From NCBI GenBank assembly GCA_001916035.1, contig MNRQ01000022.1:24545-88544 (forward strand): a stretch of 64,000 bases of DNA. Reading direction: 5' to 3'. Shown here one piece after another: positions 48,678-60,282 of the stretch (its first letter is position 1; each line of letters opens with the position of its first letter). Position numbers and translations under genes: made by a program. The notes under the pieces are model-generated. The model had not been told where the DNA came from, made no database searches, and saw only the letters and a list, made by a program, of their open reading frames with translations. This stretch comes from Clostridium sp. 27_14. GTDB taxonomy: Bacteria; Bacillota; Clostridia; TANB77; CAG-508.

Positions 48678-49682
48678 ATGAAAAGAATACTAACAGGAGA
48701 TAGACCTACAGGTAGATTACATATAGGACATTATTTTGGATCATTGAAAAAAAGGGTAGAAATGCAAAATAGTGGAGAATATGATATGTTTATATTAATT
48801 GCAGATGTACAGGCTTTAACAGATAATTTTAATAATCCAGAAAAAGTAAGAAAAAATGTAAGAGAATTGGCAATGGATTATTTATCATGTGGTATAGATC
48901 CAGAAAAAACAACTATTTATGTGCAATCAATGATACCTGAAACAGCAGAATTGACGGTATATTATTCAAATTTAGTAACGATTGCAAGATTACAAAGAAA
49001 TCCTACAGTAAAAACTGAGATTGCACAAAAAAAAGATTTATTTGGTGAAAGTGTTACTTATGGATTTTTAGGGTATCCTGTAAGTCAGGCTGCTGATATT
49101 ACAACTTTTAACGGTGAATTAGTGCCAGCAGGTGAGGACCAGGAACCATTAATTGAACAATGTAGGGAAATAGTTAGAAAGTTTAATAGTATTTATGGTG
49201 ATGTATTGGTGGAACCAAAGATTGTTTTATCTGAAGGAAAAAGAATTAAAGGTTTAGATGGAAATGAAAAAATGGGAAAATCTTTAGGTAATGCTATTTA
49301 TTTATCAGATACAGAAGAAGAAATTACAAGAAAGGTTATGAGTGCAGTAACAGATCCAAATCGTATAAAAAAAGATGATTTAGGTAATCCTGATATATGT
49401 ATGGTTTCATATTATCATAAATTATTTACAAGTTCAAAAGATGTAAAAGTGGTCTGTGAGGAATGTAGAGCTGGAAAAAGAGGTTGTGTTGCTTGTAAAA
49501 AACAACTTGCTAAAAATATTATTGATTACTTAGCTCCAATTAGAGAAAAGAGAAAATATTATGAAGAACACCCTGAATTAGTTGATAAAATTTTAAAAGA
49601 AGGTACAGAAAAAGCTAGAAAAGTTGCCAAAGAAACTATGAGAGATGTTAAAAAGGCTATGAAATTAGATTATTTTGAATAG
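48678..49682 (+). CDS. trpS: Tryptophan--tRNA ligase
   Basis: GDRPTGRLHIGHYFG (HIGH) and KMGKS motifs. Confidence 0.9.
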   Translation: MKRILTGDRPTGRLHIGHYFGSLKKRVEMQNSGEYDMFILIADVQALTDNFNNPEKVRKNVRELAMDYLSCGIDPEKTTIYVQSMIPETAELTVYYSNLVTIARLQRNPTVKTEIAQKKDLFGESVTYGFLGYPVSQAADITTFNGELVPAGEDQEPLIEQCREIVRKFNSIYGDVLVEPKIVLSEGKRIKGLDGNEKMGKSLGNAIYLSDTEEEITRKVMSAVTDPNRIKKDDLGNPDICMVSYYHKLFTSSKDVKVVCEECRAGKRGCVACKKQLAKNIIDYLAPIREKRKYYEEHPELVDKILKEGTEKARKVAKETMRDVKKAMKLDYFE

Positions 49683-49699
49683 TAAAAATATTAGTTTGA

Positions 49700-50986
<1,287 letters not shown>

Positions 50987-51044
50987 GGAATAGTATATTA
51001 TAATGGTATAATTTATTGAATTAAAGATTTATGTATGGTTAATA

Positions 51045-51096
51045 AAAGACACATATAAATAAACTTAGAATAGCAAGTTTATTTATATGTGTCTTT
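51045..51096. terminator. Long perfect bidirectional terminator between obg and tetR
   Basis: aaagacacatataaataaact ... agtttatttatatgtgtcttt (21-bp stem). Confidence 0.7.
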
Positions 51097-51697
51097 ATGT
51101 ATCTTCTTTTAAAATATTTCTAATAATTTTGTATAGGTATGGTTTGTATTCTTCAATAGAAACAGGAATGTTGTATATTATTGAATTAAAACAAGTTGTG
51201 CCTGCGAGTTCTATAATAGTAAATAAAGTCATTTCTGGGTTAGAGTAATTGCGATTATTTTCATGAGCTTTTTTGGTAAAGAAATCTATTAAACTTTCAT
51301 TTTTACTGTCTGGTGAAGGTATATTAGTTAAGGCAGTATTGAAAATTCCACCAGATAAATCTTTGGACATAAATTTTAATAAAATTTTATCATTTGTTAA
51401 AGAATCTATAACATGATTAATAATAAAAATAACTTGGTCGTCAAAATTATCAATATATACTTTGTTTAATGCAGAAATTGCATCAGAAAAAAGTTTTTTA
51501 GAAGTTTTTTCAATTAATTTGTTTCTAATGTCATATTTGTCTTTAAAATATAAATAAAAAGTGCCTTTTCCAACTCCAGCGTCATCAACGATATTTTGGA
51601 TAGATGTGTCTTTTAATCCATTTTTTGTGAATAAGTTATATGCTGAATCAAATAGTTTGTTTATTTTTTCACGTTTATTTTCTTGTGCTTTATACAT
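51095..51697 (-). CDS. TetR-family transcriptional regulator
   Basis: KREKINKLFDSAYNLFTKNGLKDTSIQNIVDDAGVGKGTFYLYF HTH. Start at MYKAQ with RBS GAGGTGA. Confidence 0.75.
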   Translation of the reverse strand: MYKAQENKREKINKLFDSAYNLFTKNGLKDTSIQNIVDDAGVGKGTFYLYFKDKYDIRNKLIEKTSKKLFSDAISALNKVYIDNFDDQVIFIINHVIDSLTNDKILLKFMSKDLSGGIFNTALTNIPSPDSKNESLIDFFTKKAHENNRNYSNPEMTLFTIIELAGTTCFNSIIYNIPVSIEEYKPYLYKIIRNILKEDT

Positions 51698-51929
51698 AAA
51701 TATCACCTCATATTCATAATATATTATTGCATAAAAATGACTTAAAGTCAATATCAAGTTGAAAATTATAAAAAAAGCAAATAATTTTAACAAAAATATT
51801 GACTATTGGTCAGAAAAATAATATAATAGGAAAAGATAGAAAAAATGTTGTATAGTTATTTGATAATTACTTATTACTTTTTGCAATTATTGTAGCTATA
51901 TTAAACATTGTTAATAAATAGAAAGGATT

Positions 51930-54005
51930 GTGATAAAAGTGCAAAAATTTGGAGAATTTATAGTAAATCACAGAAGATTAATTATCATAATTTGTTTATT
52001 ATTATTAATTCCTTCAATAATAGGAATCAAAGCTACAAAAATAAATTATGATATTTTATCATATTTGCCAGATACGGTAGATACGGTAAAAGGTCAAAAT
52101 ATACTAACAGATGAATTTGGAGTGGGCTCTTATTCTATTGTTATAATTGATAACAAAATGAAGGATAAAGATATTCTAAAAATGGAGGATAAAATAAAGG
52201 AAATAGATGCAGTTGATAAAGTAATTAGTAAATCAGATATTTTAGGTACATCTATTCCAGAAGAAATGTTACCAGATGATGTTAAAGAAGCTATAAATAA
52301 AGATGGTACAATACCAATTTTAGTAACTTTTAAAACAGGTATGGCAGCAGGTGAAACTTTAGATGCAATTGATGATTTGAGAGATATTGTTGGTGATAGT
52401 TGCAAAGTTAGTGGTATTTCTGCTACTTCAGATGATATAAGAATTCTACTAGATCAAGAAATGTCAGTTTATGTTGTAGTAGCTTCAATATTTTGTATTA
52501 TAGTTTTGATGATTGCTTTGGATTCTTATGGTGTTCCTTTAATTATTTTGGGAGGTATAGGAATTGCAATTTTGTATAATATGGGTACAAATATTGTTTT
52601 AGGTCAAATATCATATATAACTAAGGCTATTGCAACAGTTTTACAATTGGGCGTAACAATGGATTTCTCAATATTCTTGTATCATAGTTATCAAAGACAA
52701 AAAGAAATTTTAGGTGATAAAAATAAAGCAATGGCAACAGCTATTAAGGAGACTTTAGTTTCTATTGTTGGTAGTTCTACAACTACAATTGCTGGATTTT
52801 TAGCTTTATGTACAATGAGCTTAACTTTAGGTACAGATATTGGATTGGTTATGGCTAAAGGTGTTTTAATAGGTGTTATTACAACAGTTACATTATTACC
52901 ATCTTTGTTATTGGCTTTTGATAAGGTTATAGAGAAGACTAAACATAAGGAACTTTTACCAGAATTTAAGAAGTTTACTAATTTTATAGTAAATCATTAT
53001 AAAGCAATGATAGTAGTATTTTTATTGTTATTAGCTCCTGCTATATATGGAAATAATAATGTAAAAGTTTATTATAATTTGAATAAGTCTTTACCAGATA
53101 CTTTGCAGAGTGTATCAGCAAATAAAGAATTACAAGAAAAATTTAATATGGTTTCAACTCAAATGGTGTTGGTAAATAAAGATATGAAGGCAGATATAGC
53201 TAAACAGATGATAAATGAGATTAAAGATTTGGATGGTGTTGATGGAGTTATAGGCTTACAAGAATTATTGGGTGATAATATTTCTAAAGAAATGATTCCA
53301 GATGATATATTGTCTATTTTTGAAAATGATAAATATCAATTATTAATTATTAATTCAACTTATGAAAATGCAACAGATGAATCAAATGCTTTGATTCAAA
53401 AGGTTAATGAAATTGTTAGCAAATATGATGAAAATGCTATTATGGCAGGTGAGGGACCTTTAATGAATGACTTGGTAAAAATTGCTGATCATGATTTTAA
53501 TAGTGTTAATGTGACTTCTGCTGTAGTTATTTTTGTTATTATGATATTCGTGTTTAAGTCAATTTCGTTGCCAGTGATTTTGATTGCTGTTATTGAGTTT
53601 GCTATTTTTGCGAATATGTCTTTTACAAGTTATTTTGGTACTGTTATTCCGTTTATTGCTTCTATTGTTATTGGTACTATTCAACTTGGTGCTACTGTTG
53701 ATTATGCTATTTTAATGACTAATAAGTATGTGAAAAATAGGAAGGATGGCTTGGTGCCTAAAGAGGCTATGAGGTTGTCTTTACAGGATTCTATTAAGTC
53801 TGTTATTGTTAGTGCTTTTTGTTTCTTTGCTGCGACTTGTGGAGTTAGCTTGTTCTCTAATATTGAGATGATTGGCTCTATTTGTACTCTTATTTCTAGG
53901 GGTGCTATTATTAGTATGGTGGTTGTGCTTACTATATTGCCTGCTTGTTTGATTCTTTGTGATAGGGTTATTTGCAAAACTACTAAGGGTCTTGTAAGAA
54001 AATAA
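51930..54005 (+). CDS. MMPL/RND-superfamily membrane transporter
   Basis: Two 6-TM bundles each preceded by a periplasmic-type domain. 691 aa. GTG start after GAAAGGATTGTGATAAAA. Confidence 0.85.
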   Translation: MIKVQKFGEFIVNHRRLIIIICLLLLIPSIIGIKATKINYDILSYLPDTVDTVKGQNILTDEFGVGSYSIVIIDNKMKDKDILKMEDKIKEIDAVDKVISKSDILGTSIPEEMLPDDVKEAINKDGTIPILVTFKTGMAAGETLDAIDDLRDIVGDSCKVSGISATSDDIRILLDQEMSVYVVVASIFCIIVLMIALDSYGVPLIILGGIGIAILYNMGTNIVLGQISYITKAIATVLQLGVTMDFSIFLYHSYQRQKEILGDKNKAMATAIKETLVSIVGSSTTTIAGFLALCTMSLTLGTDIGLVMAKGVLIGVITTVTLLPSLLLAFDKVIEKTKHKELLPEFKKFTNFIVNHYKAMIVVFLLLLAPAIYGNNNVKVYYNLNKSLPDTLQSVSANKELQEKFNMVSTQMVLVNKDMKADIAKQMINEIKDLDGVDGVIGLQELLGDNISKEMIPDDILSIFENDKYQLLIINSTYENATDESNALIQKVNEIVSKYDENAIMAGEGPLMNDLVKIADHDFNSVNVTSAVVIFVIMIFVFKSISLPVILIAVIEFAIFANMSFTSYFGTVIPFIASIVIGTIQLGATVDYAILMTNKYVKNRKDGLVPKEAMRLSLQDSIKSVIVSAFCFFAATCGVSLFSNIEMIGSICTLISRGAIISMVVVLTILPACLILCDRVICKTTKGLVRK

Positions 54006-54104
54006 TTACAATTTTGACGTCGTTAAACTTCGTTTAGAATTTAATCAACGTACCTTTGTACGCCTCATAAATTCTAAACTTGTTTGCCTAGTCAAAATTT
54101 AATT
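54004..54104. repeat. Repeat family 2 full copy with terminal inverted repeats
   Basis: AATTACAATTTTGAC ... GTCAAAATTTAATT termini. Internal hairpin tttagaattt...aaattctaaa. Confidence 0.7.
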
Positions 54105-54130
54105 CTTTCCTTACAAGAGAAAAGTGAAAT

Positions 54131-54205
54131 AATTACAATTTTGACGTCGTTAAACTTCATTTAGAATTTAATCAACGTACCTTTATACGGCTTATAAATT
54201 CTAAA
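54131..54205. repeat. Repeat family 2 tandem second copy (lacks right TIR)
   Basis: Near-identical to 54004-54080. Confidence 0.7.
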
Positions 54206-54231
54206 AAATAATTGAAAGGTTGTGAATGTAA

Positions 54232-56268
54232 ATGAATAATAAAATAATTGCTAGTGGTGTAATTTTAACAATATTAGGTATGCAAACTTTACCAGTATTG
54301 GGTTATACAAAAGATGAAACAGTTTATACAAAAATGAGAAGTAATGGTGAAAGTTACCAAACAATAGTTAATAGTCATTTAAAAAATACTGATAATAGTG
54401 ATGAAATAATAGATTCAAGTATTTTAACAGATATTGAAAATGTGAATGATGATAAAACTTTTTCAAAAGATGGTAATAAAATGGTTTGGAAAGCTAATAA
54501 GAATGACGTATATTATAAAGGTAATACTAATAAAGAATTGCCAGTTGATTGTAAAATAACTTATAAATTAGATGGAAATGAAATTTCAGCAGATGATGTT
54601 GCAGGAAAATCTGGAAAAGTTGAAATTGTAATTCAATATACAAATAAAGATGAGCATCAAGTTAATATTAATGGTAAAACAGAAAAAATGTATACACCTT
54701 TTGTTGTAATGTTAGGAACTATTATTGATAATACTAAGGCTAGTAATATAACAATATCTTCTGGAAAAGTTGTTGATAATGGTAAAAATACGATGGTTGT
54801 TGGTATGGCTTTACCAGGTATGAAACAAAATTTAGGATTAAATGATTCAGATACAGATATAGACATTCCAGAAAGTGTTACAATAACTTTAGAAACTACA
54901 GATTTTGAAATGGGTAATATTTATTCTTATGTAACTCCAAAAATTTTGGAAGATGCTGATGTTTCAAATTTGGATAAATTAGATGAATTATATAGTCAAA
55001 TGAATTCTTTGCAAAATGCAAGTAACCAAATAGTTAGTGGTGCTACTACTTTAAATGATGGAGCTTCTACTTTAAATAATAAAACAAGTGAGTTTTCAAA
55101 TGCAGTTAAAACTTATACACAAGGTGTTAATACTGTAAATGAAAATTATAAGAAGATAGATAGTGGTATTCAAACATTAGATGATGGTGTTTCTACATTA
55201 AAAAATGGTGCAAGTTCAATTAATAAAGGTGTTAGTGCACTAAGTGCTGGAATATCTAGTTTAAATAAAGGGGTTACACAAGGAAAGACACAGGCTGTTC
55301 AAACCTTAAAGACAAGTAAAGAATCTTTGATAAAAGGAATTGATCAATTAGTTCAAGGTAAAGATAAGGAAACTGCAGGAATTAAGCAAGTGGTAGAAAA
55401 AGGTAATGAAAGTTTAGGTACTGGAATTAAAAAAAGTGTAAATGGTAGTGTTGATAATGTAAAAAAAGGTATGAAACAAGTTTTAGATAATGAAAATTTA
55501 CAATTTACAGATGCTCAAAAAGCTGCTATAAATAAAGTGTTAGCAAATATGGATACAACTAAAATTGATGCTGGTATAGATTCAGCTGTAAAACAAGCTA
55601 CAGCTAAAGAAACTGAAACTATAGATAGTATTAATAATAGTAAAGATGGTGTAAAAGCAAATATGCAAAATATGAAAACACAAAGTGGAAATCAGTTTGA
55701 CCAAGGAATATCAGCTATATCAAATGGATTTGATCAAATAGCAGAAGGTACAACTACATTACAAACTTCAGTAGATAAAGAATTGGCAACAGGTGCTAAA
55801 CAATTGTACAATGGTACAGAAAACTTAAAACAAGGTAGTTCTACTTTAAAATCTGGTTCAGCACAAATAAAAGATGGTGTTAATACTTTATCAACATCAG
55901 GTGAACAATTATCACAAGCAAGTAGTCAATTATCAGAAGGTACTTCACAATTAGTTAGTGGAAGTTCTGAATTAAAGTCAGGTGTTGAACAATTTAATAA
56001 AGATGGTGTTAACAAATTGACTGATTTAGTTAATAATAAAGTAAAAGATTTTGAAGCAAGATTGGAAAAAATGCAAGATTTAGCTAATGAATATAATCAA
56101 TTTTCTGGTAAAGAAGATAAAGCTCAAGGTACTGTTAAATTTATTATGATGACTGATAAGGTTGAGAAAAAAGAAAATGCAAATACTACTGAAAGTCAAT
56201 CAATGACTGGTAAAGAGGTAGAAGAACATACAGATTCTAATAATCAAACTACTACAAGTAGTAAATAA
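54232..56268 (+). CDS. Secreted YhgE/Pip-like protein with heptad LxxG-type repeats
   Basis: Signal peptide. Long stretch of xxLxxGxx heptad-like repeats (GASTLNDGASTLNNKTSEF...) as in YhgE/Pip extracellular domains. Follows the MMPL gene as in the common TetR-MMPL-YhgE arrangement. Confidence 0.5.
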   Translation: MNNKIIASGVILTILGMQTLPVLGYTKDETVYTKMRSNGESYQTIVNSHLKNTDNSDEIIDSSILTDIENVNDDKTFSKDGNKMVWKANKNDVYYKGNTNKELPVDCKITYKLDGNEISADDVAGKSGKVEIVIQYTNKDEHQVNINGKTEKMYTPFVVMLGTIIDNTKASNITISSGKVVDNGKNTMVVGMALPGMKQNLGLNDSDTDIDIPESVTITLETTDFEMGNIYSYVTPKILEDADVSNLDKLDELYSQMNSLQNASNQIVSGATTLNDGASTLNNKTSEFSNAVKTYTQGVNTVNENYKKIDSGIQTLDDGVSTLKNGASSINKGVSALSAGISSLNKGVTQGKTQAVQTLKTSKESLIKGIDQLVQGKDKETAGIKQVVEKGNESLGTGIKKSVNGSVDNVKKGMKQVLDNENLQFTDAQKAAINKVLANMDTTKIDAGIDSAVKQATAKETETIDSINNSKDGVKANMQNMKTQSGNQFDQGISAISNGFDQIAEGTTTLQTSVDKELATGAKQLYNGTENLKQGSSTLKSGSAQIKDGVNTLSTSGEQLSQASSQLSEGTSQLVSGSSELKSGVEQFNKDGVNKLTDLVNNKVKDFEARLEKMQDLANEYNQFSGKEDKAQGTVKFIMMTDKVEKKENANTTESQSMTGKEVEEHTDSNNQTTTSSK

Positions 56269-56294
56269 TGAATATGGTAAAATTACTAAATGTA

Positions 56295-56342
56295 AAAAGG
56301 CTAAATTCCAAATGAGTATAAATTGGAATTTAGCCTTTTTTG
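56295..56342. terminator. Bidirectional terminator between yhgE-like and deoD
   Basis: aaaaggctaaattccaa ... ttggaatttagcctttt. Confidence 0.7.
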
Positions 56343-56348
56343 TATGTT

Positions 56349-57077
56349 TTAGTCTTCTATATTTAAACTGCTGTCTAAAGCTAGTTTTATCATGTTGGTT
56401 AAACCATTTTGTCTTTCTTCTGGTGTAGCGATATCTTTTATGAATTTAGAATCAACGACACTCATAAGACAGGATGCATTTTTATTTAAAATTTTAGCTA
56501 CATAAAATAGAGAAAATGCTTCCATTTCAGCTCCATAAGGGTTAAAATTATTAGGTAATCTTTCTAAAAATTTTGATACATCTGTCATGTAAACATCAAA
56601 ACAATCTGTGCAAACAGTGTTGCCTTCATATATTTTGATATTTTTTTCATTGGCAGTATTTTTTATAATAGAGTTTAATTTTTCACTACCAGAAATTTCA
56701 TGGCATATTTCATTGTTTAGTGTTAGTGCAAAATTGCTTTCAGAAAATACATTTTTAGCTAGTATGATGTCAAATAATTTTAATTTTGGTAAGTATCCTC
56801 CACATGAACCAATTCTAATAATATTTTGAACATTATAAAATTTAAAAAGTTCATAGGAATAGATTCCCATACTTGGCATTCCCATTCCAGATGCCATGAT
56901 TGTTATTTTTTTTCCTTTATAAAATCCAGTGTATGCATACATACCTCTTACTTTGTTTACTAGTTGTGCATTTTCTAAAAAGTTTTCTGCAATGTATTGA
57001 GCTCTTAATGGGTCTCCAGGCATTATTACTGTTGAAGCTATATCATTTAAGTTAGCTTCATTATGTGGTGTAGGCAT
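56349..57077 (-). CDS. deoD: Purine nucleoside phosphorylase DeoD-type
   Basis: PNP/UDP phosphorylase family I core GDPLRAQYIAENFLE...IMASGMGMPS. Confidence 0.9.
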   Translation of the reverse strand: MPTPHNEANLNDIASTVIMPGDPLRAQYIAENFLENAQLVNKVRGMYAYTGFYKGKKITIMASGMGMPSMGIYSYELFKFYNVQNIIRIGSCGGYLPKLKLFDIILAKNVFSESNFALTLNNEICHEISGSEKLNSIIKNTANEKNIKIYEGNTVCTDCFDVYMTDVSKFLERLPNNFNPYGAEMEAFSLFYVAKILNKNASCLMSVVDSKFIKDIATPEERQNGLTNMIKLALDSSLNIED

Positions 57078-57345
57078 GATTAATTCCTCCTTTAAAATGT
57101 TCTAATAATTGCAAATATTTTAATGTCTTCTTTTGGGTTTTATTTTATATTAGTTTTTTATAAAATGCAAGTAATGTTAAGTAAAAATTAAATACAATTT
57201 TATAAATTAAATGTATGTGAATTGAAAAAATAAATATAAGTTGTACGATTTATGTAAAAATTTAAGTAGTCTATTTTTTTCAATAAAATAATTGCAAAAA
57301 ACCAATATTTGTGATATAAAGAATAAAGAAAAACGAGGTGAAAAA

Positions 57346-58080
57346 ATGATAAAAGCTTATGCAAAGTCAGATGTTGGAAAAATAAGAGAAAAAAATGAAG
57401 ATTATTATTCAATATCTGAGTCATTAGATGAAGTACAATTATATATTTTAGCAGATGGAATGGGAGGTGCTAGTGGAGGAGAAATTGCTAGCAAACTTGC
57501 AGTAGAGAAGGCTAAAAAATATATTTTAAATAATTTTAAAGAAATAGAAAAAGACAAAGAAAGTATAATTCAACTTGTTGCAAGTAGTATGGAATATGCT
57601 AATATGTGTGTGTATGAGCAAGCACAAGAAAATAAAGAGCTAGAAGGAATGGGTACTACTTTAGAAATAGTTTTAATATATAATAATAGAGCTTTTATAG
57701 GACATATAGGCGATAGTAGAATCTATAGAATAAGAAAAGCAATTATTAGAAAATTAACACAAGATCATAGTTATGTGCAAAAATTAGTGAAAGATGGAAC
57801 AATTACACCAGAGCAGGCAGAAAAACATCCACAAAAAAATATTTTATTAAAGGTTTTGGGATGTAATGCATTTATAGAACCAGATGTAATGGTAAAAGGG
57901 TTTTTAAAAGAAGATGTTTTAGTTATGTGCTCAGATGGTTTAAGTAATATGGTAACACAAGATGATATATATAAAATGGCTAGTGGAAATATTGAGCAGG
58001 CAACTGTTGATCTTGTGGATAAAGCTAATGAGAATGGTGGATATGATAATATAACAGTTGTTATTATAAAAAATATTTAG
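57346..58080 (+). CDS. stp: PP2C-family Ser/Thr phosphatase
   Basis: MIKAYAKSDVGKIREKNEDYY...ADGMGG. Start ATG 57346 after AAACGAGGTG. Confidence 0.9.
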   Translation: MIKAYAKSDVGKIREKNEDYYSISESLDEVQLYILADGMGGASGGEIASKLAVEKAKKYILNNFKEIEKDKESIIQLVASSMEYANMCVYEQAQENKELEGMGTTLEIVLIYNNRAFIGHIGDSRIYRIRKAIIRKLTQDHSYVQKLVKDGTITPEQAEKHPQKNILLKVLGCNAFIEPDVMVKGFLKEDVLVMCSDGLSNMVTQDDIYKMASGNIEQATVDLVDKANENGGYDNITVVIIKNI

Positions 58081-58136
58081 TAAGAATAGTATATAGATTA
58101 ACCAGTTTGGTAAAAACGAAAGGAATGGAATTTAAT

Positions 58137-60159
58137 ATGATGTTAGAGGGAAAACTATTAGGAAACCGTTATGAAATATTGCAAAAAGTAGGAAATGGTC
58201 GGAATGGCCATAGTATATAAGGCAAAAGATGTAGTTTTAAACCGAAATGTAGCAGTAAAGGTATTAAGAGATGAGTTTACAACAGATAATGAGTTTATAC
58301 GAAGATTTGAAACAGAGGCTCAATCAGCTGCAAGGCTTACACATCCAAATATAGTTTCTATTTATGATGTAGGAGTTGATAATGGAATATACTATATAGT
58401 TATGGAGCTTATCCAAGGAAAAACTTTGAAAGAAATAATTGTTGAAGAGAATGGGCCATTGCCTTGGAAATGGTCAATAAATGTAGCTATGCAAATAGCT
58501 GCTGCATTAGATATGGCACATAGAAACAACATAATTCATAGAGATATAAAACCACATAATATAATAATTACTGAAGATGGAGTTGCAAAGGTAACAGATT
58601 TTGGTATAGCAAAAGCAGTGTCAAACTCAACAATAACAGCATTTGGAACGACAATAGGATCTGTACATTATTTTTCACCAGAACATGCTAGAGGGGGATA
58701 TACTGATGCAAAGTCAGACATATATTCTTTGGGTGTTGTAATGTATGAAATGTTGACTGGTAAAGTTCCTTTTGATGCGGATACACCTGTGTCTGTTGCG
58801 TTAAAGCACATGCAAGAAGAACCTATACCGCCAATAGAATTAAATCCGAATATTCCAGAAGCAGTTAATAAAATAATTTTAAAAGCATTGAAAAAAGAGC
58901 CAATGCAAAGATATCAAACTAGTATGGAATTATTACAAGATTTGAAAGAAGCTTTGAAAAATCCAGATGGTGATTTTGTAGAGGAAAATTATGATGTTAC
59001 TGCAAGAACTCAAAAAATATCTTTAGAAGATTATGAAAATGCAAAGAATAATCAAAATCGAGGGGATAAAGAGGAAAAAGGTTTTAAAGGATGGATAAAA
59101 CAACATAAAAAATTGAGTACTTTTTTAGGATTGGTGTTATTATTCTTTATAGCTTTTAGTGGAACATTAGCTTTTTATAATTTGACTAAACCTAAAGAAG
59201 TTAATTTGCCTAGTGTAGTAGGTTTGACTAGTGAAGAGGCTCAAAAACAAATTGAAGAGGCAAAATTGAAATATGAAGTTGATAAGGAAGAGTATAATAA
59301 AGATGTTGAAGAAGGACATATAATAAGTCAAGATCCTGCATATTCTGAAAAATATCATTCTGTAAGACAGGGAAGTACTGTAAAAGTTGTTATAAGTAAA
59401 GGAACAGAAAAAGCTATAGTTCCAAAAGTTACAGGTATGTCTCAAGATGATGCAATTAAAGCCTTGGAAGATGCTAATTTGAAGGCGGAAGTTGTTAGTG
59501 AAACTAGTAAGAAAGTTCAAGAGGGTTATGTTATAAGTCAAGAAGTTGATGAAAGTACAGAAGTGGCAGCAGGTGATACTATAAAAATTCATGTAAGTAG
59601 TGGTACAGGAATAAAGCAAATTACAATGGCTAGTGTTATAGGCAAAACAGAAGAACAGGCAAAATCTGAATTAGAAGGTTTAGGCTTTAAGGTTTCTATT
59701 GGGTATGAAGAAAATACTTCAAAAGATAATGGAATTGTATTAAAACAAAGTTTGGAAACTGGTAAAGTAGTTGATGAAGGAACTACAGTTACTTTAACAG
59801 TAAATAAATTAGCTGAATTAAAAACAGCGAAAATAACAGTAAATGTGAAATCATTATTAAATGGAAAAGTTGAATATGAGGAAACAATAGCCAAAAATAA
59901 TAGTACAACAAATGCAACAAATGGAAATACTAATAGTACAACAGCAACAGAAAAGAAAATAAAAAAAGTTAAACTAGAAGTTAAAGTAGAAAATGATACA
60001 ATTTATTCAGAGACAGTTGATCCAACATCTACAAATATTAATGTAGGTACATCAAAAGGAACAGGAGTGTCTAATGTAAAAGTATACATTGATGGAGTAT
60101 TGAAAAATCAAGGTCAAATAAAATTTAGTGAAGCAAATCCATCTTATATAGCAGAGTAA
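58137..60159 (+). pseudogene. prkC: PASTA-domain Ser/Thr kinase PrkC, interrupted by a +1 frameshift in the Gly-rich loop (about 58200)
   Basis: Frame A from ATG 58137: MMLEGKLLGNRYEILQKVGNGRNGHSI* encodes the N-terminal 25 residues. Frame B from 58195: (G)MAIVYKAKDVVLNRNVAVKVL... HRDIKPHN, DFG, three PASTA repeats. Deleting one C in ggtCggaatgg restores GNGGMAIVYKA. Confidence 0.8.
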
Positions 60160-60282
60160 TGAATGAAAAAAGGAATGGAATTATCCATTCCTTTCTGCTA
60201 AAATATGTAGTTTACTTTAACAGGTTTATAGGTATCCTTTAATTAAAAACCTAAATATATGATAGAGGAATAAAATCAAAAA

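Noticed and set aside
54232-56268. Phage infection protein (Pip) as a phage receptor/defence element
   Set aside because: YhgE/Pip-like proteins downstream of MMPL transporters are a common housekeeping arrangement in Firmicutes. This copy lacks the C-terminal TM bundle. Nothing in the sequence links it to phage interaction.
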